Assembly: GCA_963758635.1 (NCBI GenBank) | Contig: CAVWWD010000003.1 | Coordinates: 512,001-576,000, forward strand | DNA length: 64,000 nt | Direction: 5' to 3' | From: an uncultured Candidatus Rokubacteria bacterium | GTDB taxonomy: Bacteria; Methylomirabilota; Methylomirabilia; Rokubacteriales; CSP1-6 | Part shown: positions 20,952 through 30,979 of the stretch, piece after piece | Position numbering within the stretch: position 1 is the first letter of the stretch | Layout of the letters: every line of letters starts with the position of its first letter | Translations under genes and position numbers: made by a program | Notes under the pieces: generated by a model | The model's database searches: none | What the model was told of the DNA's origin: nothing | Seen by the model: the letters and a program-made list of their open reading frames with translations, nothing else

Positions 20952-21920
20952 TGCAGCGGCGCGCGTTCCTTGCCGGGCTGGGTTCTGTGCTCGCGGGCCC
21001 GCTCGCTGCCACGGCGCAGCAGCCCGCCGGCAAGGTGCCCCACGTCGGGCTCCTGGGCCGCGGCGAGACGCCCTTTGTGACCTTCTTTCGCCAACGCTTG
21101 CGGGACCGCGGCTACGCGGAGGGCCGTACCGTCACCATCACGCACCGCTGGGACGAGGGAAACGACGAGCGCCGCCTGACGGACCTGGCCGCCGACCTGG
21201 TGCGTCTGAAGGTCGACGTGATCGTCGCATGCACCGCTCCGGCTAGCCGCGCCGCCAAAGCGGCGACTGCGACCATCCCCGTGGTCTTCATCGTTGTACT
21301 TTGCGCGATTTCGGTCTCACTTCGGCCCTTGCGCATCCCGCTTCAAACCTTACAGGCTTCACGCTAGCCGACGACGGGATTACGGGAAAGCAATTGCAGC
21401 TCCTCAAGGAGATGGTGCCGACAGCGACCCACGTCGCGCTCCTCATGCGACCGGGCTTGGTGAACCACGAGTACTCTCTTCCCGAGAGCGTGGCTGCCGC
21501 CAAGCAGTTGAACCTTCGGGCTCCTCGTCCTCAAGGCGATCACCGCCGAAGAGATCGAACGTGCATTCACGACAGCCGTTAACGCCCGCGTCGACGCCAT
21601 ACATGTTTACGGTCATTCCGATTTCGGTGCGGACGGCTCGCGGATTCCGGCCCTCGCCTTGAGCCTAAGACTCCCCTCGATGTCCTACCTCACCACATAT
21701 GCGGAGAGCGGCGGACTGATGACGTATGGCCGAGTCTCGGGGGATTATCCGTGGCATGGCCGACTACGTCGACCGGATCCTCAAGGGAGCACGCCCCAGC
21801 GATCTCCCTATTGAGCAGGCGACCGAGTACGATCTCGTCATCAATCTGCGAACGGCCAAAGAGCTTGGCCTCCAGGTCCCGGCGTCGTTGCAGGCGCGGG
21901 CCACAAGGATCATCGAATGA
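20948..21920 (+). CDS. orphan ABC transporter substrate-binding protein (ABC_sub_bind type), frameshifted
   Basis: MQRRAFLAGLG...AQQPAGK, LAADLVRLKVDVIVA, AAKAATATIPVVF, SLAHPASNLTG, KQLQLLKE, YVDRILKGARPSDLPIEQ...LVINLRTAKELG...RIIE*. Visibly more A/T than flanks. Confidence 0.85.
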
Positions 21921-21980
21921 TGGGCTCTGGACTTGCCAGATTTGGTGGACACCCGTTCTCTTGGCTACCGAGGAGACCTC

Positions 21981-23792
21981 ATGAGCCGATTCGGATACTG
22001 GAACAAGATCCTCCACGTCGAGCTGGGCGATCACACCACGTGGATCGAGGAGCCGGGCGACGAGTTCTACCGGCGCTACGGCGGCGGGCGCGGCCTCATC
22101 GGCCACTACCTGCTCAAGTACGTGCCCACCGGCGCCGACCCGCTCGGGCCCGACAACATCCTCGTCATCGCGCCCGGCGTGGTGACGGGCGCCGCCGTGC
22201 CGGGCGCGGGCCGCCACAGCGTGGGCGCCAAGTCGCCGCTGACCGGCGGCTTTGGCGAGTCCGAGTCGGGCGGCTTCTGGGGCGCCGAGCTGAAGCGGGC
22301 GGGCTGGGACGCGATCGTCTTCCACGGCGTGTCGCCGACGCCGGTGTACCTCTGGATCAACGACGGCGCGGTGGAGCTGCGGGACGCCGCCCACCTCTGG
22401 GGCCGGATCACCGGCGAGGTCGAGGAGGCCATCCTCGAGGAGCTGGGGGACCCGCGCATCCGCGTGGCCCAGATCGGGCCGGCGGGCGAGAATCTCGTCC
22501 GCTTCGCCTGCATCGCCAACGACCTGAACGAGGTGGCCGGCCGCACCGGCATGGGCGCGGTGATGGGCAGCAAGCGCCTCAAGGCCATCGCGTGCGCGGG
22601 AAGATGCCGGTGAAGGTGGCCGACCAGAAGGGGCTCACGGCGACGGCGAAGTGGGTGTCCTCCACGATGGACCAGAACCACCGCGCCTTCCACGAGTTCG
22701 GCACCGGCGCCGCCATGCAGGGCAAGAGCCTGGAGGGCGGCATGCCGACGCTGAACTACCGGCTCGGCGCCTTCGAGCAGACGGCGAAGGTGGACGCCAT
22801 CGCGGTGCGCGATCAGATGCGGGTGGAGATGAAGGCGTGCTACGCGTGCTCGGTGCGCTGCAAGAAGGTGGTGCACATCGAGAAGAAGGAGGAGCGGCCG
22901 CGCGAGCGTATCGGAGAGCCGCTACGGGGGCAAGGCGCAGGTGGCCTTCGATCCCCTGGGCCGCTACAGCGTGGACCCGAAGTACGGCGGGCCCGAGTAC
23001 GAGTCGCTGGCCGCCCTGGGCGTCAACCTCGGGCTCGAGGACCTCATCGCCATCTGCAAGTCGAACGAGATGTGCAACTACCTCGGCGATGGACACGGTG
23101 TCGCTCGGCTCCACGCTGGCGTGGGCCATGGAGTGCTTCGAGCGCGGCCTCCTCACGCTGCGAGGACACGGGCGGCGTGCCGCTCCGCTTCCGCGACGCC
23201 GACGGCGTGGTGAAGCTCATCGAGATGATCGCGTACCGGCGGGGCGTGGGGGACCTCCTCGCCGAGGGCTCCCGGCGCGCGGCGCAGCGCCTCGGACGTG
23301 GCTCCGAGGCCTACCTGACCACGGTGAAGGGCATGGAGATGGCGATGCACGACCCGCGGCACATGCCGGTCATGCGCGCCTCGTACCTGCTGGCCCCGAC
23401 GGGCGGCGACCACATGCGCCAGACCGGGAACCGCAACGGCCATCGCAACCAGGTCGGCACTGTGCCATTTCCTGGCGTACGACGACCAGCAGTCGCTCGA
23501 CATCCTGAACGCCGTCACGGGCTGGGGCGCCACGGCCGAGGAGATGGTGACCCAGGCGCATCGTGGGCTCACGCTCGCGCGCTTGTTCAACATGCGCGAG
23601 GGATTCACCCGCGCCGACGACGCGCTGCCGCCGCGCTTCGCCGAGGCACTGCCCAAGCACGCCGGGCTCACCGGGGAGCAGCTCGACAAGATCGTCACCG
23701 ACTACTACGTCGAGCAGGGCTGGGACCCGATCACGGGCGCGCCCACCGCGGAGACCATCCGCGCGCTCGACCTCGAGGCCGACGTGAGGTAG
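21981..23792 (+). CDS. aor: tungsten-type aldehyde:ferredoxin oxidoreductase (frameshifted)
   Basis: GGRGLIG, DPLGPDN, KSPLTGGFGES, IGPAGENLV, AGRTGMGAVMGSKRLKA, CYACSVRC, GPEYES, GDLLAEGS, VKGMEMAMHDPR, YYVEQGWD. RBS GAGGAG. Confidence 0.92.
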
Positions 23793-23822
23793 AGCACCAC
23801 CTCAGGGACGGGGCCAAGGGCA

Positions 23823-24830
23823 TCATTCGATGACCTGGTCCGCCTGCAGTCGCAGAGCTTGGGGGATGGCCAGCCCCGAGCATCCGTGCCGTCTTGCCGT
23901 TGATGACGAGCTCGAACTTCGTCGGCTGCTGGACGGGGAGATCGGCGGGTGTTGGCGCCCTTGAGGATCCGATCCACGTAGGCCGCGGCCCGCCGGTAGT
24001 TGTCGGCGAAGCTCGGCCCGTACGCCGCGAGGCCGCCTGCCTCCGCGAACTCGCGCCGCACGTACATGGCCGGCAAGAGGTTCCGACCGGCCTGCGTCGC
24101 GATCTGCGCTAGCTCGTTGCCGAAGATCGGGTCCGGGAGCACGAGGACGGCGCCGGTCCGCGATGCGGTGAGCGCCGAGAACGCTCCGGCGAGGTCCCTT
24201 GGCTGCTGCGCCTCGAAGACCTGGATCTCCACCCCCAGGGAACGGGCCGCGGCGCGCGTCTCGGCCAGTGACGCGCCCGGCCGCGGGATTGTTCCGGTTG
24301 TACAGGATGGCGACGCGCGTCGACGGCGGGGCACCAGCGGCCTTGAGGAGCTCGAGCTGCTTTCCGCTCAGCTCGGGGCTGAGGAGGGACAGTCCCGTCG
24401 CGTTGCCGCCGGGACGCGCGAGGCTCGCCACCAGCCCGCTGCCGCACCGGGTCGCCGGCGGTGGCGAACACGATGGGCACCGTCCTGGTCTGCGCGCGTG
24501 ACCAGCTGTCGCGGACACGGTCCCCCCGACGAAGAGCACACCGACGTTGAGGCGGATGAGCTCGGCGGCGAGGGCTGGGACCCGGTCGAGCGCCCCGTGC
24601 GCGTGGCGGTACTCGACGACGCAGGCTCTCGCCCTCCGTGTGGCCGAGTTCCCGCAGACCCTGCCTGGAAGGCCGCGATGAACGGATGCGCATGGCGCGA
24701 ACTCATTGATCACCCCGATCCGCGCGGGTCGGGCTCGCCGGCTGGGAGTGGGCGACGAGGGGCGCGACGACGACGGAGAGAACGAGCGAGGGCGAGGCGG
24801 AGCGCCAGACGCTCAACAGGCTGGGCTCAC
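23823..24830 (-). CDS. second orphan ABC_sub_bind substrate-binding protein, heavily frameshifted (possibly a pseudogene)
   Basis: GLRELGHTEG, LAAELIRLNV, VPIVFATAGDPV, GLVASLARPGGNATG, KQLELLK, YVDRILKGA, ADQVIE*. 5' end approximate. Confidence 0.75.
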
Positions 24831-25796
24831 GCGAGCGGACGGCGGTGCAGGCCGCTCGTCAGCGTCCCCCAGATCCCCTTGGGCAGGAACAGCACGAAGG
24901 TCATGAAGACGGCGCCCACCACGATGGGCCACCACTCGATGAGGCGGCTGAGCCGCTCCTCGAGGACGAGGAAGGTGAGCGCGCCCACGAAGGGGCCGAA
25001 GAAGGTCCCGGCGCCGCCGAGCAGCGTCATGATCACGACCTGGCCCGACGTGGACCAGTACAGCGCTTCCACCGGCACCACGGTGAGGCGGAGGGCCTCG
25101 AGGCCGCCGGCGAGCCCCGTGAACGCCGCGGAGAACACGAACGAGAGGAGCTTGATCCGGGTCACGTCGTAGCCGCACGCCACCGCGCGGTCGCTGTTCT
25201 CGCGGATGGCCTGAAGCACCGTGCCGAACGGCGAGTCGAGGATGCGGCGGAGCGCGGCCACGGCGAGGAGCACGAGGACGGCCACGAAGTAGTAGAAGAC
25301 GAGCGGCGTGCGGAGCGAGAGCGTGACCCCGGGCAGCGCGAGGGCGGGCAGGGGAATGCCGCGCAGGCCGTCGTCGCCGCCGGTGAGATCGGCGGCGTGG
25401 AAGGCGATGAAGTAGAGCATCTGGGCGAAGGCCAGCGTCAGCATCGCGAAGTAGATGCCCCGCCGCCGGAGGCAGAAGAACCCGGCCAGCGCCCCGCCCA
25501 GCGTCGCCGCCAGCACCCCGATCAGGAGCGCGCCCCACACCGAGCCGATCTTCAGCTTGGCCAGGGCCAGGCCGCATCCGTAGGCGCCGAGGCCGAAATA
25601 GGCCGCGTGTCCGAAGGACAGGAGGCCGGTGTAGCCGTAGAGCAGGTTGAAGCCGAGCGCGATGAGGCCGTAGGTGAGCACCTGGGTGGCGAGCGACGTG
25701 TGCGGCACGATGAACGGGAAGACGGCGAAGAACAGCAGGAACGACGCCACGGGATGGACGGCCACCCATGACGCGACGGCGCGGAGGGCGCGTCAT
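24827..25796 (-). CDS. livM: branched-chain amino-acid ABC permease
   Basis: FNLLYGYTGLLSFGHAAYFGLGAY, GIYFAMLTLAFAQ, TGGDDG, SPFGTVLQAIREN. The probable ATG overlaps the livH stop, with a frameshift. Confidence 0.9.
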
Positions 25797-26678
25797 TCCG
25801 CGAGGCCGGCCTCGCCGAAGAGCCCGCTCGGCCGGACGAGCAGCACCACCGCCATCACCAGGAAGACCACGATCTCGGTCATCTTGGGCGCGAAGAGCGT
25901 GGTGAGGCTCACCACCTCGCCGATGAAGAGCCCGGCGACGACGGCGCCGACGAGGCTGCCCATGCCTCCGACGACCACCACCACGAAGCACTCGATGATG
26001 ATCTCGACCCCCATCTCCGCGTACACGCCCCGCATGGGGCCGGCGAGGACGCCGGCGAGCCCGGCCAGGCCCACGCCGAGGCCGAAGACGAGGAACCAGA
26101 CCCGCTCGAGGTTGATCCCGAGGGCCCGCACCATGAGGGCGTCCCGGGTGCCCGCCCGGATGATCAGCCCCACGCTCGTCTTCTCGAGGAAGAGCCAGAG
26201 GCGCCACGAGGACGACGGCGGTGACGCCGACCACGAAGAGCCGGTAGACCGGGAAGTTCATGAACCCGAGGTTGACCGCGCCCGCCATCTCGCGCGGGGG
26301 ATCGAGGGTGAGCCCGATCTTGCCCCAGAAGACCTTGACCGTCTCCACCAGCACGAGCGAGAGCCCGAAGGTCAGGAGGAGCGGATCGTCGGGGCCCCGG
26401 CCGTACAGCCGCCGGATGAGCAGTCGCTCGATGAGCAGGCCGAAGACACCCACGAGGAGCGGGGCGAGCACGAGGGAGGCCCAGAAGCTGCCGGTGCGCC
26501 CGAGCACGCTGTAGGCCACGAACGCCCCGATCATGTACAGGGCGCCGTGCGAGAAGTTCACCACCGTCATCAGCCCGAAGATCAGCGACAGGCCGATGGC
26601 CATGAGCACGAGGATCCCGCCCAGCACCAGGCCCGTGAAGGCCTGGGCGGCGAGGACCGTCAGCGAGACGTCGGGCAC
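25793..26678 (-). CDS. livH: branched-chain amino-acid ABC permease (frameshift near 26200)
   Basis: GLSLIFGLMTVVNFSHG, LLLTFGL, GLIIRAG, VVVVGGMGSLVGA, RPSGLFG. Confidence 0.9.
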
Positions 26679-26693
26679 GCCGGGCGACTCAGC

Positions 26694-27927
26694 TCAGGCC
26701 GTGTGCCCCTTCTCCGCGCACGTGCGCTCGAGCTCCTCGTTGGCGGGGAGCCGGGAGATGACCTCGAAGAGGCCCCACTCGCCCTTCACCTGCTGGGGCG
26801 ACCGGACCTTGAGGATCCAGAGGTCCTGGAACGACTTGTTGTCGCAGGCCCGCCAGTACTGCTTGCCCTTGTAGTGGTTGTACTCGCGGTTCTTCCGCAG
26901 CGCGCCCGCCACCTCGTCCGAGTTGGTGGACTTGGCGAGCTCGACGCCGCGCGCGACTTCCTTGATGCCGCTGTAGCCGTAGCCGGAGTACGCGTCGGGC
27001 GGCTGGTTGAACTTCTTGGTGAACGCCTCGACGTAGCGCTTGGCCTCCGGGACGGAGTCGGCCAGCTCGTGGCAGAAGTGCGTGGCCGCCGTAGATGTCC
27101 TGGAAGACCTCGGCCCCGCCCTCCTTCGTGTAGTAGAGGAAGTGGAGCGGCTGGGCGATCTTCGCCTCCTTCTTCAGGCCGAAGCTGATCGCCTGCTTCA
27201 GGAACGGCACGTTGTCGGCGCCCGGCGTGACGGCGTAGATGGCCTCCGGCTTCGCGGCCTGGATCTTCGGCAGGTGGGCGGAGAACTCGGGCTTGCCGAG
27301 CGGGTACGGGGTGCTGCCGAGGATGGTCCCGCCCGCCTTGGTGATGGCCTCGGTGAAGACCGCGTTGTTCTGCTTGCCCCACGCGTAGTCGGCGTAGACG
27401 ATCCACCACTTCTTGCCGAGGTTCTTCATGCCGTAGGCGGCCATGGCCCGGCTCGTGATCGTGGGGTTGAGCGCCTCGTGGAAGGTGAGGGGGCTCGTGT
27501 CGGGCTTGGCGCTGATCTCGTCCGACTGGCTCACCGAGATGTAGAGGACCTTGGAGGCCTTGGTCTGCTCGTTGATGGCCATCTGGACGTGCGCGGCGAG
27601 CCCGCCGACCACGAACTGCACCTTGTCGTTCTCGATCAGCTCCTTGGTGCGCTGGGCGCCGACCGCCGGCTTGAGCTGGTCGTCGCGGAAGAGCACCTCG
27701 AGCTTCCGCCCCATGATGCCGCCCTTGGCGTTCAGCTCGGCCTCGGCGAGCTGGGCGCCCTTCTGCAAGTCGGCGGCGATCGCGGCGAAGGTGCCGGTGA
27801 GCGGCAGCGGGAAGCCGATGCGGATGGGGTCCTTGCTCTGCGCGCGCAGGACGGCGGGGAACGAGAGGCCCGCGGCGGCTCCCGCGGTCGTGATCAGGCC
27901 GGTCGTCAGGAATGTGCGCCGATTCAT
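26694..27927 (-). CDS. livK: branched-chain amino-acid ABC substrate-binding protein with Tat signal (frameshift near 27080)
   Basis: MNRRTFL Tat motif, IRIGFPLPLTG, NAKGGIMGR, DYAWG; the C-terminus is in the frame of ORF 26694..26912. Confidence 0.88.
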
Positions 27928-28057
27928 CGCGAGGCCTCCTTGCCGTCAGTGAGGGTGGCGGAGTCGTCGCGCGAGCGGGTCGTGGTGAGCGGGCCCGGCG
28001 CGCGCGGATCCCGGAGCTCCATCAGCGTCGCCTCGAATTTCGTCCCGATGCGCCGCG

Positions 28058-28087
28058 ATCATAGAGGCCGCTCCCGGGCAAAGTCAA
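28058..28087 (-). promoter_or_regulatory. putative sigma70 promoter of livKHM
   Basis: Minus strand TTGACT-N18-TATGAT. Confidence 0.55.
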
Positions 28088-28101
28088 TCCACCGAGCCTC
28101 A

Positions 28102-28164
28102 GCGCACCAGACCAGGCCGAGCGGTTGGATTATAGAGGCCCGTGGCGGCGACCGGAGTCTGCGA
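28102..28164 (-). repeat. dispersed conserved non-coding motif, copy 1
   Basis: Reverse complement tcgcagactccggtcgccgccacgggcctcTATAATccaaccgctcgg aligns ungapped with the copies at 35861 and 63458. Confidence 0.8.
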
Positions 28165-28208
28165 ACGGACGGCGCCGCCCGGGCGCGTGCTACGATCCGC
28201 GCGCCGCC

Positions 28209-30566
28209 ATGAGCCCGCGCTACGTCGGCCAGCCGGTCAAGCGCCCGGGGGATCCGCGTCTCGTCACGGGGCGAGGCGCGCTACGTGGACGACGTGGCGC
28301 TCCGCCGCATGCTCCACGTGGCCTTCGTGCGGAGCCCGCACGCGCACGCCCGGATCGCGCGGGTGGACGCGGAGGCCGCGCGCCGGGCTCCCGGGGTGGC
28401 GGCGGTGGCCCTCGGGCCCGACGCCGCCCGGCTCTGCCGAGCCTACCGCGGCGTGCTCCTGCACTACACGGGCATGAAGACGGGCGAGATGCGCCCGCTC
28501 GCCGTCGATCGCGTCCGCTGCGTGGGCGAGCCCGTGGCCGCCGTCGCCGCCCGGAGCCGCGCCGAGGCCGAGGACGCCGCCGAGCTGATCGACGTGGAGT
28601 ACGAGCCTCTCCCCGCGGTGCTCACGGCCGAGCACGCGGTGGCGCCCGGCGCGCCGGTCATCCACCCGGAGCTGGGCGACAACGTGATCTACGCCACCCG
28701 GCTCGCCGCGGGGAACGCGGCCGCGGCGATCGCCGGCGCGGCGCGCACGTACCGGCGCGTCTTCACGACGGGCCGGCACACCGGCGTGCCCATCGAGCCG
28801 CGGGGTCTGGTGGCCGACTTCGATCCCGCCACGCGCGCCCTCACGGTGTGGATGTCCACGCAGGTGCCGCACATGATGCAGGCGGTGCTCGCGGAGCTCT
28901 TCGACCTGCCCGAGCAGCGCGTGCGCGTCATCGCCCCCGACGTCGGCGGCAGCTTCGGCATCAAGATCCACGTCTACCAGGACGACCTCGCGGCATGCGC
29001 GCTCGCCATCGCGCTCGGCCGGCCGGTGAAGTTCGTGGCGAGCCGGCGGGAGTCGTTCCTGTCCGACATCCACGCGCGCGAGCAGCGGATAGAGGTGGAA
29101 GTGGCCGCGGACGCCGACGGCGTCCTGCGCGGGATGCGCGCGGCCATCACCGCGGCGGTGGGACCGTACTCCGCGTACCCGCGCTCGAGCGTGGTGGAGG
29201 GCGGGCAGGTGCTCCGGCTCCTGCCCGGGCCCTATCGCCTGCGCGACTACGAGGCCGCGCTCACCGTGGTCGCCCAGAACCGCGGCATCACCTCGCAGTA
29301 CCGGGCGGTGGGGCATCCCATCGCCGCCGCCGTCACCGAGAGCATGCTCGACCACGTGGCGCGCGACCTGGGGCTCGATCCCGCGGAGGTGCGGCGGCGA
29401 AACCTCGTGCGCGCCGACGAGATGCCGTACACGTCGGCCGCGGGCAACGTGTACGACAGCGGCGCCTACCACGCCACGCTCGAGGCGCTGCTCGCCGCCG
29501 GCGACTACGCCGGCCTCCGGGCCCAGCAGGCGCGGGCCCGGGCCGCGGGCCGCCACGTGGGCATCGGCCTCGCGTGCTTCGTGGAGCTCACCGGGCCGGG
29601 GGCGCAGTTCTACGGCGTCGGCGGCGCGCCCATCTCGGGCCAGGAGGGCACGACGGTGCGGCTCGAGCCGTCGGGGTCGGTCACCGCGCTCGTCGGCATC
29701 ACCGACCAGGGGCAGGGCATGCCCACGGCGATCGCCCAGATCGTGGCCGACGAGCTCGGGGTGACGCTCGACGCGGTGGAGGTGCGCTCGGGCGACACCG
29801 CGATGGTGCCCTACGGCGGCGGCACGTGGGCGAGCCGCGGCATGCCCATCGGGGGCGGCGCCACCGTCCTCGCCGCGCGCGCCCTCGCCGAGCGCATCCG
29901 CGCCGTCGCCGGCGTCCTGCTGGAGGCGCCGCCGCCCGACATCGAGCTGGCGGGGGCCGAGCCTCGGTGCGCGGCAGCGCCGACCGCGGCGTGTCGTTTC
30001 GCGACCTCGCCCGCGCCGTGCACTTCCGGTCCACCGAGCTCCGCGGGCTCGAGCCGAGCCTGGAGGCGACGATGCACTTCACGAACCCGGTGGCGTGGAC
30101 CTTCACCGGCGGCGCCCACCTCGCCATGGTCGAGGTGGATCGCGAGACCGGCGTGGTGACGCTCCTGCGCTACGTCGCGGTCGACGACTGCGGGCGCGTG
30201 GTGAACCCCGCGCTGGTGGAGGGACAGGTGGCGGGCGGCGTCGCGCAGGGGATCGGCGGCGCGCTCTCGGAGTGGTCGATCCACGACGAGACGGGCCAGC
30301 TCCTCACCGCGACCCTGATGGACTACGCCGTGCCGCGGGCGGACGACCTGCCCGCGATCGACGTCCACCACCAGGAGACGCCCGCCCCGAGCATCCCCGG
30401 CGGCTTCAAGGGCGCGGGGGAGGGAGGGACGACGGGCGCCCCCGCCGCGGTGCTCAACGCGGTGAACGACGCGCTCGCTCCCCTCGGGGTCGCGCTGTCG
30501 GATCTGCCGCTCACGGCCGAGCGCGTGTGGCGGGCCGTGCACGATCGGGCGACGGCCTCTCGCTGA
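28209..30566 (+). CDS. xanthine dehydrogenase/CoxL-family molybdopterin-binding subunit (frameshifts near 28275 and 29955)
   Basis: VRSPHAHARI, PDVGGSFGIK, QYRAVG, GQGMPT, GGTWASR, DDCGRVVNP, GGVAQGIG, KGAGEGG. Confidence 0.9.
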   Translation: MSPRYVGQPVKRPGDPRLVTGRGALRGRRGAPPHAPRGLRAEPARARPDRAGGRGGRAPGSRGGGGGPRARRRPALPSLPRRAPALHGHEDGRDAPARRRSRPLRGRARGRRRRPEPRRGRGRRRADRRGVRASPRGAHGRARGGARRAGHPPGAGRQRDLRHPARRGERGRGDRRRGAHVPARLHDGPAHRRAHRAAGSGGRLRSRHARPHGVDVHAGAAHDAGGARGALRPARAARARHRPRRRRQLRHQDPRLPGRPRGMRARHRARPAGEVRGEPAGVVPVRHPRARAADRGGSGRGRRRRPARDARGHHRGGGTVLRVPALERGGGRAGAPAPARALSPARLRGRAHRGRPEPRHHLAVPGGGASHRRRRHREHARPRGARPGARSRGGAAAKPRARRRDAVHVGRGQRVRQRRLPRHARGAARRRRLRRPPGPAGAGPGRGPPRGHRPRVLRGAHRAGGAVLRRRRRAHLGPGGHDGAARAVGVGHRARRHHRPGAGHAHGDRPDRGRRARGDARRGGGALGRHRDGALRRRHVGEPRHAHRGRRHRPRRARPRRAHPRRRRRPAGGAAARHRAGGGRASVRGSADRGVSFRDLARAVHFRSTELRGLEPSLEATMHFTNPVAWTFTGGAHLAMVEVDRETGVVTLLRYVAVDDCGRVVNPALVEGQVAGGVAQGIGGALSEWSIHDETGQLLTATLMDYAVPRADDLPAIDVHHQETPAPSIPGGFKGAGEGGTTGAPAAVLNAVNDALAPLGVALSDLPLTAERVWRAVHDRATASR

Positions 30567-30979
30567 CCGGTCGCGACGCGGGACGACGTGCTTCGCTCGG
30601 CGGCCTGCGCGAGCGGGCGGCGAGCTTCTGCCGGCGCTGCCGGCGGGATGGCCCGGGCAGAATGCCTTGGCCTTCGGGTGCGGCTCCGGCATAGCGCGGC
30701 CGACCGATCGCAACGTGAGTCAGGGGCCGCGAGCACTTGCCGGCGAGCCGCGCTTGGCGTGCGGTGTGCACCCGCGCAGGCTCAGGTGGAGCCTCTGATG
30801 CTGCGGCAGAGCTTCCGATGAAGCGTCACGCGCCACGAGTACTGTGTTGAAGACTGCCTCGGCATTCTTGACCCTGGGCGCATCTGCATCCGACTCGGGC
30901 CTTCCCTCTCCATGGGGTGAGTTCAAGACAGCGTTGGCGAGTCGCAGCCTTCGCGCCGGACGGAAAGGGAGAATGAGGC

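Noticed and set aside
14974..30566. Dense frameshifts suggesting mass pseudogenisation or programmed frameshifting
   Set aside because: Single-base indels without nonsense substitutions affect many unrelated genes across the window, which fits uncorrected long-read error.
28209..30566. Aerobic CO dehydrogenase (coxL)
   Set aside because: Lacks the AYxCSFR motif and has no coxM/coxS neighbours.
30602..30960. Possible ncRNA, tRNA or integrase fragment at the islet's left end
   Set aside because: No cloverleaf, recognisable RNA motif or recombinase motif could be identified by eye.
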